A DNA stretch of 64,000 bases, taken from contig NC_087250.1 in NCBI RefSeq assembly GCF_037042905.1, forward strand, positions 22,694,001 to 22,758,000. The letters are read 5' to 3'. Every line of letters begins with the position of its first letter. Position 1 is the first letter of the stretch. The DNA is from Lytechinus pictus (lineage: Eukaryota). Shown here one piece after another: positions 56,701-64,000 of this stretch. Under the pieces are notes generated by a model that searched no databases, was not told the DNA's origin, and saw nothing but the letters and a program-made list of their open reading frames with translations. The position numbers were made by a program, and so were the translations under genes.

Positions 56701-59700
56701 GAACCACAAGAAAGGATCACCAGTCGTCTTTAAAGTCACTCTTAACTTACGAATGGCTTTGTGAAAAAGCCCCCCGGTAGGAATCATTCTTTGAATACCC
56801 TTAGTGCCTACATGTACATTGCAGCTCAGCTACAGTGGGGGTAATGATTCAAGGGTAGTATATATATAATCTTTTTATTTTTCTCTTCATGTAGATTCCA
56901 TGGACAGTTCCGTCCAAGATGAGCCAGTAAGTTCTTATAAATCTTCGTTAAATCTTTGCTCAGAATTGTTTAAAGATAAATGAAAACACTTATTTTGTGA
57001 TGAAATCCTCAAAGCAAGGTTCATTGCCACTATATCTTCATGGGTCTTGATCTGGTTACATAAGCTGAACTTTATGAAATCATAAAATATGAAGTGAAAA
57101 AAAATATCACACTGAAGATTGTCAACACAGATTAGCACATGTGTGTATTATTATTGTTTGGTAAAAAAAACATTGTGCTTGAATTTCATGTTTATCGTGC
57201 TAATTTCTCGGTAGTAGTACACAATTTCCTCTAGGAACCTTTGGCACAATTTTTTTGTTTATGCATACAGACACCTGGGCCCCATCTTACAAAAGAGTTA
57301 TGATTGATCCAATCAACCACAACTATGGACGGCCAGCAACATCAACATCTAAAATGCAAATCTGTTCAAAATATTTTCTAGATATGATGTATATTCATAC
57401 ATTCATTGTTCTCTTGAAGATTCAGTGTGATTCTCTTTGTTTACTAAACAGATTGTGCAAATTTCTTGTAGAAAAAAATTATGGTGTGGATGGATTTCCA
57501 TACAGTTGAGATTGATTGGATCAATCATAACTCGACAGGGCACTGGGTGGTAATTTGATCGGATTCTGTACAAACTCATTTTGAAATGGTTTTCACATCC
57601 GGCATTTACATTTAATCGTTCAGTCAGAGCCTGTTATATATTACCTTCAGGGTCCCGTAACACAAAGGTTTGCAATTAATTGTACGCTTGATTTTACGAT
57701 TGATTATACATTGTAGCCAATGGAATCAATCGTCAAAAAATGTTCTACGATCAATCGCTAACCTTTGTGTTACGGGCCCCGGACACAGTCTGAGAAAGAA
57801 CTTTTTGTCATTAACTATCTTGGGCTGGTTTATTGACATGTCTTGTGTGGATAGATGTCTAAGAAGCGATTCCATATCATTGTTCTTGGGCCAATTTATA
57901 GATATATCGAGAAGCTGACAAATTGTGCCGTGGTTTCCAACTTTGGACTAGTTCAATTTGAATTTGTAGCCAGTCATTTTGTTAACTTCCATTTCCAATG
58001 ATAACAATATAATGTTTTGCTTCATTGATCTTGATATAAGCAATATCGTAGGGGTGTTGTGGCTCAGTTGATAAGTCTCCGGACTTTGAACCACAAAGTC
58101 CGGGGTTCCAATCCCACCGTAGCACTCGCGTCCTTTGGCAAGGCATTTATCTACATTTGCCACTCTCCACCCAGGTGTAGTAAACGGGTACCCGGTAGGA
58201 AGGAATTCCTTGAATGCTTGAGTGCCCGATCAGGATAGCCATGCTAAAGCAGGGGTAATAGTATGCAGCGCTTAGAGACAAATGTAATTTGTATTAAGTG
58301 CTATTTAAAGGTTTCATATTGTTAATATAATTATGAACGTGGTTAATTTTTACATACAAAATGTAATCAAGACTATCATACAAACTGGTTAGCAGTGGAG
58401 GAGGTAGTTTGTAGAGCACAGCATCCTATTAAGCACAGTCTGGTAATAGAAATAAATAGGCATGTGAATGTCATCATAAGAACTAAGTATATCACAGTGA
58501 CTTCAATGATTTTCTCTCAGAATGAATAGCACTTATTGTAATCTTTCATTTATTATATTTTTCTTTTCTTTTCCCTTTAGAATACACCTCGGGATAATAA
58601 GCCTAAGCCCAAGAAACCAAAGGTGGTAAGTTTTGTCCTGCCTTGCTTGCTCAATCAATCACCACATTGGCTTGATAACAGTTACGTACCTTGTCAAAAG
58701 TCAAGATTCACTTTTTGGCACGTGAATCTTGCAAGTGGCCTTTCGTTACCAATTCTCATATTTCATCAAAGACAAGAAAATTGGGAATGTAGGAAAGTCA
58801 TTCTGAAAAGACAAATAAGTGGGAATCCTGCCCAAAGGCATGGTACATACTTTCAACAAGGTACCTTAAGGCCACCGCACACCTTACAATTGGTCTGCGA
58901 CCTGATATTTGAGTAAAACATAGTAGACTTTGATGCTAATATTGAGACATGGAATATTTTACTCTGTAATGACCTAAATTATTGTTTGAACACCTATATA
59001 CAAATCTGTCACTATGCTATAATCCTTATTAGCATAAAAGCGAATTTGATATCTAGTCGTAATGACGTCATAGCAATCGTACAAATTGCTATGATTTTAA
59101 TCTGTTATTGCAAATTTGTTATCCCTGGTGTCAGAGCTGTAGGTTAGGCATCCTAATTCACAACACTAACACCAAACTTGACATTTGTGGTTTTATTTAA
59201 CAGAAAGGGAAGAAGAAAGGTCAACCGTTAGTACCTAAGAAGCCAGTGAAACCGGCCCTTGAAATGCTAATGGTGACCGAGAATGGTGTCCCGTCTTTCA
59301 TTGAACAGTGTGTGGAGAAAATAGAGGAGGAAGGTAAGGATTTAACAATTTCTCTTTTGTTTGGGGGGGGGGAAGAGGGGAGGGGTAATGATGATAGAAA
59401 ATGATGATGATGATGTTGTTGGTATTTATGATGGTGATGATGATGGTGATAATGATGATTGACTAGGGGAGAGGAATAAAAGAATATGATGATGATCATC
59501 ATTATGGTAGTTGTTGATTATGGTGGTGATGGTGATGATAATTGGGGGGGGGGGGGTAATGATGATAGATAATGGTGACTGTGGGGGGGGGGGTCATTAA
59601 TGACGCTAGACGATGATGATCTTTATGGTGAAGTTGTTGTTGATTATGGTGGTGATGGTGATGATAATGGGGGGGGGGGTAATGATGATAGATAAGGTGA

Positions 59701-62303
59701 CTGTGGGGGGGGGGGTAATTAATGACGCTAGATGATGATGATCTTTATGGTGAAGTTGTTGTTGATTATGGTGGCGATGGTGATGATAATGGGGGGGGGG
59801 TAATGATGATAAATAATGGTGACTGTGGGGGGGGGGGGGGGTAATTAATGACGCTAGATGATGATCTTTATGGTAAAGTTGTTGGTGATTATAATGGTGG
59901 AGCCAAGTATGATTGTGGTGGTGAAGAAGAGGAAAGAGGAGGATGAGGATAAGATGAAGAAGATAATGATGAGTTGGCAGTGATAGTGAAGATGATGGTG
60001 ACAGTGGTGATTTACATGCTGCAATATGCAGTCCCACATGTAGGCTTTCATGTAGGCAGAAGGAGTGTAACATCAACTGAAAACGATCTTTCAGAGTCAA
60101 GAAAAAAACGGAATTCGAAACTATGTCAAGGAAATATCGAAAACAGGTAGCCATTTAATGGATGTAAAGATGCGAAATGTGAAATTTCATCAACTTTTTT
60201 GGAAGGGTCACCCCCCCACCTCATGCAGTCAAACAGTTGTCAAAATAGGGAAACATTTGTGCTCTTTGCAGTCATTTAAATTGCATTTAGACATTTTGAA
60301 TCAGCCCTAGTTTTTGTCTCCATCATTCTTATTATTTCTTACCAGGCCTTACTCAAGAAGGTATATACAGGGTCTCTGGGAAAGCAGCTGATATTGAAAC
60401 CATCATCAAGATGTTTGACGAGGACCAGAACGCCGATCTGGTCTCGTTGGAGAACCTCAGTTCCAACACCATCGCCTCTGCCTTGAAACAGTTCTTCAAG
60501 AATCTTCCAGAGCCCATTATACCGTACAGTACACAAGATAGGATGATTGCAGATTACAAAGGTATGCAAATCATGATGGTGATGATAATGTAATAATAAT
60601 ATAGGATATATATATATGTAGTGCACACATCCAAGACACTCCAATGGGTGATTTCAAGTTCAGTGTTGACCTTTTGGTGTTGGTGCTAGGTCAATTATTA
60701 CACGATTATAACGCCAAACATAAAATGAAGATGGTCCCGAAAAGTCACTCACTAGTTTTTGAGATATCAATAATGTGATTTGGATCAGTTTTACAAATGA
60801 TGAATAAGTTTTGGAGCAAGGGGAAACAATCAAAATTTCAACACCAACACCGAACTTGAAATCACCCATTGTTACCCTGGCTAAAGGCCGGGTTACACCA
60901 AAACAGAATTCTCCCGAATAAATTTGTACTGATTCTGCCCGAATACGGCCTGATTCGGATGGATGCGATGGATTTGAATGTTCCCGAATTTTCTCGCATT
61001 TGTAGAGGGAGAACAGAATACTCCCGAAACCACCCGAATACGTGTATTTGGATGTATTCGGTTGCAATGAAAACCAGGCTTACGCTAGTCTACCGATTCC
61101 AATGCTCAATGCAAATTACTCCCTACCAGTAGTGATGATGATATAATAATAGCAATGATAATAATAATAATGATATAATGATAATAGTAATGATAATAAT
61201 GATAATAATATTGATGATGATGATGATGATAATAGTAATAAAAATGATAATGGTAATAATTTTGAAATAACAATAATACAGGATATTTATATAGTGCACA
61301 TATCTACCTTGTTAGGTGCACAAGATGGCCCTCTGTTACCCCGGCTAAGTTTAGCTACTGATTCCGGTGCTGACAGTGAATTACTTCCAGCCAGTAATGA
61401 TGATGATTATGATGATGATATTAATGATAATTATGATAAGGATGATAATAATACTGATGATGTTGATGATAATGATATTGGTAATAATGATAATGATGGT
61501 GATAATGATAATAATAACAACAATAATAATAATGATGATAATGATAAAAATTATAATTATAATTATAATGATAATAATGATAAAAATGATAAAGATAACA
61601 ATAATAATGATGATAATAATAATTTTAACAGCAGTCCCCTTCCCTTCCCTCCATGAATTTGTATTGTTCCAAAACACAACCTCCACATGGTCAGAAATTT
61701 ACATTATGATTTAGAATTTTGTTAAGGTTTGAACAACCTCCACTGGATTATAAATTGAGGAAGTTAATTGATCATGATTTGTTTTGATATGATTTTGTTG
61801 CAAGGATTAAAAACGTGAATGGTAAGCATTATTTTGTTACTGGGGCCCCGTCTTACAAAGAGTTATGATTGATCCAATCAACCTCAAGTATATGAAAATC
61901 CATCAATGTCATAATTTTTTCTTTAGGAAATTTGCACAATGCCCTTTGGAAATAAATAGAAGCATACTAAATTGACAAGAAAACAGTGAATGTATGAATA
62001 TACAATGTACATCATATCTAGAAAATATTTTGAAGAAACGTGTATTTTAGATATTGACGTTGCAGGCTTTCCATAGTTGTGATTGATTGGATCAGTCGTA
62101 AGTTTTTGGAAGACAGGGCCTTGGTGATGTAATGATATAACACTACAACCCGTACACATCTTCTATTCTTTGTCCACATTTATTCTTAATTGAACAGAAG
62201 TCAATAACGAGGACCTCTTTGTTGAACGATTACCGGAATATTTAGTTGGGCTATCGCAAGTAAAAAAGACTGTTCTTACTTATATGATGAAACATATGAA
62301 GAG
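1713..62303 (+). CDS. ARHGAP5/ARHGAP35-like: Partial multi-exon gene (5' and 3' ends outside window): p190RhoGAP-like Rho GTPase-activating protein with a long tyrosine-motif-rich disordered region
   Basis: About 28 AG/GT-bounded exons join in compatible phases into one stop-free frame. It ends in a RhoGAP domain (VPSFIEQCVEKIEEEGLTQEGIYRVSG...NTIASALKQFFKNLPEPIIPY). YASPADAL and IYSQPHD resemble p190A Y1087 (YAEPMDAV) and Y1105 (IYSVPHD). Orthology versus paralogy cannot be settled here. Confidence 0.8.
2658..2970. mobile_element. ~310-bp MITE with long TIRs (PIF/Harbinger-like ends), copy 1
   Basis: ggcccgtattctgatagcaggtttaacttaaactc ... gagtttaagttaaacctgctatcagaatatgggcc; near-identical copy at 63248. 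Confidence 0.88.
4546..5573. mobile_element. Non-autonomous hAT (Charlie-like) element
   Basis: TIR caggggttctcaaac / gtttgagaacccctg; perfect 8-bp TSD ccctactc (4538-4545, 5574-5581); gcgggccg subterminal repeats. Confidence 0.92.
5061..5216. mobile_element. Small MITE nested in the hAT element
   Basis: TIR caggggccgcggaa / ttccgcggcccctg; 5-bp TSD tcaag. Confidence 0.85.
6746..6823 (+). CDS. Exon E2 (phase 1-1, 78 bp): AHYTQVERRGSEPVRPTVALTARSHQ
   Basis: First AG after a ~645-nt pyrimidine-rich AG-free zone that starts with TACTAAC; donor G|gttggt; YTQV motif. Confidence 0.7.
6974..7576. mobile_element. ~600-bp TTAA-targeting non-autonomous element (Kolobok-like), copy 1, inserted into a family-A MITE starting at 6929
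   Basis: TIR aggacaagtccacc / ggtggacttgtcct; TTAA on both sides; host MITE resumes at ctatggaaagcca. Confidence 0.88.
9609..9698 (+). CDS. Exon E3 (phase 1-1, 90 bp): DSFHPPSPTKPKVKPKPPVRSSSRKQEYSP
   Basis: Pyrimidine tract then aag acceptor; donor CAG|gtttgt; Pro/Lys-rich open frame. Confidence 0.7.
11656..11880 (+). pseudogene. Degenerate LINE (CR1/L2-type) reverse transcriptase fragment
   Basis: Reads DIDEGK...LDLGTALDKVNHSILLK...TCGVPQGSVNGPILF across frameshifts, matching RT motifs LDLSKAFDTVNHSILL and GVPQGSVLGPLLF. Confidence 0.85.
13606..13644 (+). CDS. Exon E4 (phase 1-1, 39 bp): GDNESAFPSQEQE
   Basis: ttctccttatacag acceptor; donor GAGG|gtttgt, the same ending as sister exons. 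Confidence 0.6.
14318..14371 (+). CDS. Exon E5 (phase 1-1, 54 bp): EIMAYGEFRPRTARVEAE
   Basis: cag acceptor; donor G|gtaggt; paralogous to E6. Confidence 0.8.
15031..15081 (+). CDS. Exon E6 (phase 1-1, 51 bp): EIAAYGEYRQQAPKQTE
   Basis: cag acceptor; donor G|gtatgt; paralogous to E5. Confidence 0.8.
15883..15951 (+). CDS. Exon E7 (phase 1-1, 69 bp): ENPVYGVVDRSAKKAAAKPAQSD
   Basis: ttcttattgcag acceptor; donor G|gtatgt; YGVVD repeat family. Confidence 0.88.
16500..16568 (+). CDS. Exon E8 (phase 1-1, 69 bp): EIPEYGVIDRSRKKPAAEPAPSD
   Basis: ttttgttctacag acceptor; donor G|gtaatg; same length as and similar to E7 and E9. Confidence 0.88.
17212..17370. mobile_element. Family-B MITE; relatives at ~14514-14680, 25298-25678 and 39466-39616
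   Basis: Imperfect TIRs ending ...ttgcataaaa / ...gcaacaggg; shared atggtaactaccatggtaac core. Confidence 0.75.
17996..18064 (+). CDS. Exon E9 (phase 1-1, 69 bp): DQPLYGVVDRGTKKPSVPAPVEE
   Basis: tttacag acceptor; donor G|gtaggt; lies within track ORF 17941..18135. Confidence 0.88.
19024..19089 (+). CDS. Exon E10 (phase 1-1, 66 bp): GLYGVVNKPAKSPKPKVLPKPD
   Basis: tttccttttcag acceptor; donor G|gtgcgt; paralogous to E11. Confidence 0.88.
20177..20251 (+). CDS. Exon E11 (phase 1-1, 75 bp): AVYGVVNKPKKSPKPSLSTTGSELE
   Basis: aacag acceptor; donor G|gtttgt; peptide close to E10 with synonymous divergence (GGA GTT GTG AAT vs GGC GTC GTC AAC). Confidence 0.88.
20418..20702 (-). mobile_element. 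Family-A MITE (~275 bp), reverse orientation
   Basis: TIR tacaaagagttacgattgatcc / ggatcaatcgcaactctttgtaagacggggcc. Confidence 0.85.
21823..22465. mobile_element. Nested MITE cluster: outer gggggtgtttcacaaagatttaag element containing a same-family copy (~21946-22148) and a gggggtgttgcaagaaa element (~22212-22429)
   Basis: Three TIR pairs; the outer sequence resumes after each insert; a related copy lies at ~28284-28502. Confidence 0.75.
22621..22677 (+). CDS. Exon E12 (phase 1-1, 57 bp): GITGTAGMWKKADKNLGND
   Basis: ttttgcttctacacag acceptor; purine-rich open frame; donor GATG|gtgtgt; no Tyr motif. Confidence 0.55.
23033..23415. mobile_element. Non-autonomous DNA element with CAGGG termini and 5-bp TSD; partial relative at ~19698-19997
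   Basis: cagggttcccagc / gctgggaaccctg; actaa on both sides; internal aaatcaggga repeats. Confidence 0.85.
25270..25800. mobile_element. Three-level nest: tRNA-derived SINE head interrupted by a family-B MITE (25298-25678), itself interrupted by an antisense SINE 3' fragment (~25371-25590)
   Basis: ggagacatggtgtagtg...gactct | MITE | ggactctttaatcagagggtc; inner (aat)n tail and gggtacccatt-acctc-cctgggt core. Confidence 0.65.
26218..26295 (+). CDS. Exon E13 (phase 1-1, 78 bp): DIHAVVDKPGKTGEEQKLTEDTPEPE
   Basis: tttccttgtactag acceptor; donor G|gtgcgt; His at the Tyr position of the motif. Confidence 0.8.
29434..29508 (+). CDS. Exon E14 (phase 1-1, 75 bp): DVYATVDKQRKPTEQNPSPDDPPSD
   Basis: ttccttattatag acceptor; donor G|gtctgt; YATVDK motif. 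Confidence 0.85.
29654..30413. mobile_element. Non-autonomous DNA element with CAGTGGCGGAT TIR
   Basis: cagtggcggattcagg / cctgtatccgccactg; internal G/C-run subrepeats. Confidence 0.75.
31581..31700 (+). CDS. Exon E15 (phase 1-1, 120 bp): GGDPIYGVVDRQRDRKPSNRDLGGRILGSPTEVGDDSSFG
   Basis: aag acceptor after a ~146-nt AG-free zone; donor G|gtaatt; DPIYGVVDR motif. Confidence 0.85.
34375..34446 (+). CDS. Exon E16 (phase 1-1, 72 bp): ALYSEVNKGFKTSTPDTNRSLEGS
   Basis: ttttgtttgtaaacag acceptor; donor CAG|gtcagt; YSEVNK motif. Confidence 0.85.
35437..35705 (+). mobile_element. Family-A MITE
   Basis: Same TIR and interior as the 40977 and 49987 copies. Confidence 0.85.
38340..38948. repeat. Minisatellite, 23-bp unit (CACAAGTGTGGCACAATGACTGT) with 21-bp variants
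   Basis: Roughly 26 head-to-tail units with no unique spacers. Confidence 0.95.
39873..39974 (+). CDS. Exon E17 (phase 1-1, 102 bp): DVFDREEKWKLPGLASDGIKENNISIPEEEAETE
   Basis: ttgacag acceptor, with an in-frame alternative start at 39921; donor GAGG|gtttgt as in E4 and E11. Confidence 0.65.
40977..41258 (+). mobile_element. Family-A MITE
   Basis: gggccctgtcttacaaagagttacgattgatcc ... ggatcaatcgttactctttttaagatggggccc. Confidence 0.87.
41779..41811 (+). CDS. Candidate microexon (phase 1-1, 33 bp): GKNETSPYCAT
   Basis: CTAAC plus an ~80-nt AG-free pyrimidine tract with TGC; aag acceptor; weak donor G|gttttg. Confidence 0.3.
42091..42111 (+). CDS. Candidate microexon (phase 1-1, 21 bp): AMSDQYH
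   Basis: ~79-nt AG-free pyrimidine tract with TGC about 10 nt before the cag; donor G|gtaact; frame-preserving. Confidence 0.4.
42246..42305 (+). CDS. Exon E18 (phase 1-1, 60 bp): GMVDNVLYESYTSQKSPAPS
   Basis: tacag acceptor; donor CAG|gtaaaa; duplicate of E19. Confidence 0.88.
43176..43776. mobile_element. ~600-bp Kolobok-like element, copy 2
   Basis: Near-identical to 6974-7576; TTAA flanks. Confidence 0.88.
43830..43892 (+). CDS. Exon E19 (phase 1-1, 63 bp): GMVDNVLYASYSSQMSPASQT
   Basis: tag acceptor; consensus donor CAG|gtaagt; duplicate of E18. Confidence 0.9.
45234..45385 (+). CDS. Exon E20 (phase 1-0, 152 bp): GDSMTYASVQDHRASEDPNGGMLDNILYAPYTPPAESRSRQPPPPTAPKPG
   Basis: ttgctag acceptor; donor GGG|gtaagt; third copy of GMxDNxLY; PxxP motif. 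Confidence 0.9.
45923..46437. mobile_element. TTAA-flanked, largely palindromic Kolobok-like MITE
   Basis: TIR agggatggtccgggctgaaa / ttcagcccggaccatccct; TTAA on both sides. Confidence 0.9.
47142..47447 (+). CDS. Exon E21 (phase 0-0, 306 bp): KLDLSKFPVRMEG...GAGYASPADALPYDQVRK...SGIYSQPHDHLPRGT
   Basis: GC-rich open frame; cag acceptor after a ~516-nt AG-free zone; donor gtaagt; paired YxxPxD motifs. Confidence 0.9.
47515..47945. repeat. (GA)/(GACA)-type microsatellite region
   Basis: Direct inspection. Confidence 0.9.
48030..48530. repeat. ~185-bp tandem triplication
   Basis: atctaggtccacaaccc...ccttacacctt...tctgccatt...taggtttagatgatg occurs three times. Confidence 0.8.
49987..50258 (+). 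mobile_element. Family-A MITE
   Basis: gggccctgtcttacaaagagttgcgattgatccgatcaat ... gtaactctttgtaagacggggccc. Confidence 0.87.
51828..52047 (+). CDS. Exon E22 (phase 0-1, 220 bp): VQKISYGKPMVAFPPRPSG...NKKREDFLKGLNKLIE
   Basis: Pyrimidine tract and ccag acceptor; donor AAG|gtatgt; phases fit both neighbours. Confidence 0.85.
52010..53010. repeat. ~145-bp degenerate tandem repeat whose first unit overlaps the E22 3' end and donor
   Basis: gatgatctaggaac recurs at ~140-150 bp spacing. Confidence 0.8.
53239..53283 (+). CDS. Probable exon E23 (phase 1-1, 45 bp): VPMYDPKIHDEQPSQ
   Basis: ~90-nt AG-free zone then tag; strong donor G|gtgagt; frame-preserving. Confidence 0.55.
53928..54657. mobile_element. 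PIF/Harbinger-like MITE (TAA TSD) carrying a nested TTAA Kolobok-like element (54032-54617)
   Basis: Outer tacctcagttacat / atgtgactgaggta with taa flanks; inner aggagaatga / tcattctcct with ttaa flanks. Confidence 0.85.
54907..55755. mobile_element. Non-autonomous Tc1/mariner element with an internal antisense retro-element tail (~55063-55250)
   Basis: TA|cagttgaggccagaagttaacatacacc ... ggtgtatgaaaactttcggcctcaactg|TA; resembles Tc1-family ends such as Sleeping Beauty (cagttgaagtcggaagtttacatacac). Confidence 0.88.
55817..56387. mobile_element. TTAA-flanked element inserted into a truncated copy of the 54032 family
   Basis: agagatcgtttaactttgt / acaaagtgaaatgatcact; host resumes at cttgtgtgaaagcagagaaatcaaagaataag. 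Confidence 0.75.
56895..56926 (+). CDS. Exon E24 (phase 1-0, 32 bp): DSMDSSVQDEP
   Basis: Long T/C tract then gtag; donor gtaagt; supplies the 1-to-0 phase change needed before E25. Confidence 0.75.
57277..57543 (+). mobile_element. Family-A MITE (right TIR eroded)
   Basis: Interior matches the other copies. Confidence 0.8.
57649..57780. mobile_element. ~130-bp MITE; second copy at ~36859-36990
   Basis: gggtcccgtaacacaaagg / cctttgtgttacgggcccc. Confidence 0.85.
58051..58325 (+). mobile_element. tRNA-derived SINE (head, conserved core, AT-rich tail); truncated relative at ~45570-45760
   Basis: A box tggctcagttg; B-box-like ggttccaatccc; core ggcaaggcatttatctacatttgccactctccacccaggtgt...gggtacc. 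Confidence 0.85.
58581..58625 (+). CDS. Exon E25 (phase 0-0, 45 bp): NTPRDNKPKPKKPKV (polybasic linker)
   Basis: ttttctttttccctttag-type pyrimidine acceptor; donor GTG|gtaagt. Confidence 0.85.
59204..59333 (+). CDS. Exon E26 (phase 0-1, 130 bp): KGKKKGQPLVPKKPVKPALEMLMVTENGVPSFIEQCVEKIEEE (start of RhoGAP domain)
   Basis: aacag acceptor; donor AAG|gtaagg; VPxFIExCVxxIE RhoGAP N-terminal helix. Confidence 0.93.
59385..60010. repeat. (GAT/GGT) low-complexity tract with a ~120-bp higher-order repeat and poly-G runs
   Basis: ggtgactgtggggggg...taatgacgctaga occurs three times. Confidence 0.85.
60346..60561 (+). CDS. Exon E27 (phase 1-1, 216 bp): RhoGAP core GLTQEGIYRVSGKAADIETIIKMFDEDQNADLVSLENLSSNTIASALKQFFKNLPEPIIPYSTQDRMIADYK
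   Basis: GIYRVSG arginine finger (Arg codon 60369-60371) and ALKxFFxxLPEP box; canonical splice sites. Confidence 0.96.
61130..61625. repeat. (AAT/GAT)n trinucleotide tracts
   Basis: Direct inspection; interrupted by a short SINE-tail-like piece at ~61270-61370. Confidence 0.9.
61842..62120 (-). mobile_element. Family-A MITE, reverse orientation
   Basis: ggggccccgtcttacaaagagtt ... ggaagacagggcc. Confidence 0.83.
62198..62303 (+). CDS. Exon E28 (phase 1-2, 106 bp): EVNNEDLFVERLPEYLVGLSQVKKTVLTYMMKHMKR (RhoGAP continues beyond window)
   Basis: cagaag NAGNAG acceptor; donor AG|gtacgt; fits the RhoGAP helix pattern (VLxYLxxHLxR). Confidence 0.9.
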
Positions 62304-62399
62304 GTACGTATCTTAGCTTAAAGCGTTCACACTTAACATGCTATTGCCCTGGCTGCATTCACACTTTTCATCCATAAATCAGTAACATAATTCATTTGC

Positions 62400-62912
62400 T
62401 GCACTCACACTTGTTTCCCTGTCACGTAATGTATTCAGAAACTGTGTCCAAACTTGTTTTCCCATTACATAACAAATTGAGTAGCTGTGTCTACACTTGT
62501 TTTCCTATTACATAACATATACAGTAGGTTTTCCCATTACATAACATATTCAGTAGCTATATCCATACATAATTCTGTATTACAAAAACATATTCAGTAG
62601 TTGTGTTTACACTTGTTTTCCTCTTACATGACATATTCAGAAACTGTGTCCACACTTGTTTCACTATGACATAACATATTCCGAAGTAGTGTCCACACAT
62701 GTTTTCCTATCACATAACATATTCAGTATTATGTCTACACATATTTTCCCATTACATTACATATTTAGTAGATATGTCCACACTTGTTTCCCTATTAATA
62801 TATTTAGAAGCTGTGTCCACACTAGTTTCCCTATTACATAACAGATTCAGTAGTTGTGTCCACACTTGTTTTTTATTACATGACATATTCAGAAACTGTG
62901 TCCACACTTCCC
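62400..62912. repeat. ~42-bp degenerate tandem repeat (tgtgtccacacttgttttcccattacataacatattcagtag)
   Basis: About 12 imperfect units downstream of E28. Confidence 0.88.
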
Positions 62913-63247
62913 TTTTTATAATAATATGAAACATCTGTCAGATTCACACATGGTGAAATTTACCACACAAACATTGATGATTTGCACAAGCTCAGTTACA
63001 TTTCTATAGGGTAAGCCCAGCAAATGATTTCTTCCCCCAAGATTGTGGAGATCAAATATGTGATTTTCGGCCCCATTCGATAAAATTTACTATTATGGAA
63101 CATTATTCAATCAATTACCATTGATGAAATGAGTTATAGAGGTAAGTTTTAAGCTTAGCATCCTCAATGATGAACACTATAGTTATTTTTTTTTTTAAAT
63201 AGAAAATGGGACTGAGATGACTAATTTGCTATTTGATTGTATAGATT

Positions 63248-63558
63248 GGCCCGTATTCTGAAGTCGGGTTTAAGTTAAACTCAGGTTTAAAGTTGTGGTT
63301 TAAGTATGGGAAGCCAAAAGTATCAAATTTGTTATTAAGTTGTATGTTTCTTATGTTAACTGTGCTCTGTCCTAATTCATCGATGGTGAAGCCAATAATC
63401 TTTTTATACTTCCTAGACAATTATGAATGATTTGAGAGCCAAATGAGCTGAAGTATGATATCTCTACTGTTAGTGATTTATGTAACAATTGGCTCGCCAT
63501 ACTTAAACCACAACTTTAAACCTGAGTTTAAGTTAAACCCGACTTCAGAATACGGGCC
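63248..63558. mobile_element. ~310-bp MITE, copy 2 of the 2658 family
   Basis: ggcccgtattctgaagtcgggttta ... acccgacttcagaatacgggcc; interior matches copy 1. Confidence 0.88.
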
Positions 63559-64000
63559 ATAGAATTCAGAAGAAAGAAATAAAGCACCGCTTGCAGCTGA
63601 AAGATAGTTTCACAATCCGCCCTAATGCTTACAAGTATTTTGATTCACGTAATAGAAATGTAGGCTGTGCACAACCTGACCATTAATTGTGGGCGTTTTG
63701 ATGTGTTGCACTGAAAGACTTACAAGGATGGCACTGTAGAAATTCATCAAATTATCCAATTTATTTCCCCTCTGTTTGAATGCCTTGCCCTACATGTATG
63801 TAAAATGGACCAGCCCACCTACCATGCATGCTTGTGCACTATAAAGACACCCACCACCTTCCCCAGTCTATATTTATTGTGTGATCTGCTGTAGGATTTT
63901 ACACGTATGCACCTGCCGTTTCCTTTTATTTTTACCTGAAATACCTGCTTGGCAAATGATTTGTGTCCTTATAAGGAAAATTAGTGATGTAACTAAGCAA

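Noticed and set aside
58051..58125. tRNA-like sequence
   Set aside because: Runs directly into a SINE core and tail and has a degenerate B box; a SINE head, not a tRNA gene.
59221..61714. Poly-His, poly-Ile and Asn/Asp ORFs
   Set aside because: Translations of (GAT/AAT/GGT)n microsatellites.
63010..63145. Possible next RhoGAP exon after tttctatag
   Set aside because: The phase-compatible frame (RVSPANDFFPQ...) lacks the expected NxMxxxNLxxxFxP motif; the true exon is probably beyond the window.

Overview
AT-rich, repeat-dense animal genomic DNA; the repeat content suggests a marine invertebrate deuterostome, possibly a sea urchin, but that is inference. The whole window lies inside one large + strand spliced gene with no start or stop codon in view. 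I read about 28 exons by eye (1713-62303). The 3' exons encode a p190RhoGAP-like (ARHGAP35/ARHGAP5-like) C-terminus: paired YxxPxD motifs, a polybasic linker and a RhoGAP domain with an intact GIYRVSG arginine finger. The notable feature is upstream: 19 consecutive short (39-120 bp), frame-preserving phase 1-1 exons, plus 2 candidate microexons, spread over 42 kb. Most carry one tyrosine motif (YGV[VI][DN][KR], YATVDK, YSEVNK, DN[VI]LY). Many have non-consensus donors, and several exons of the gene follow very long AG-free zones (up to about 900 nt). This looks like an exon-duplicated, splice-tunable phosphotyrosine cassette array attached to a RhoGAP. The introns hold many, often nested, non-autonomous DNA transposons, tRNA-derived SINEs, a LINE RT relic and tandem repeats. 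Most ORF-track entries are spurious. All exon calls are unverified by transcript data.
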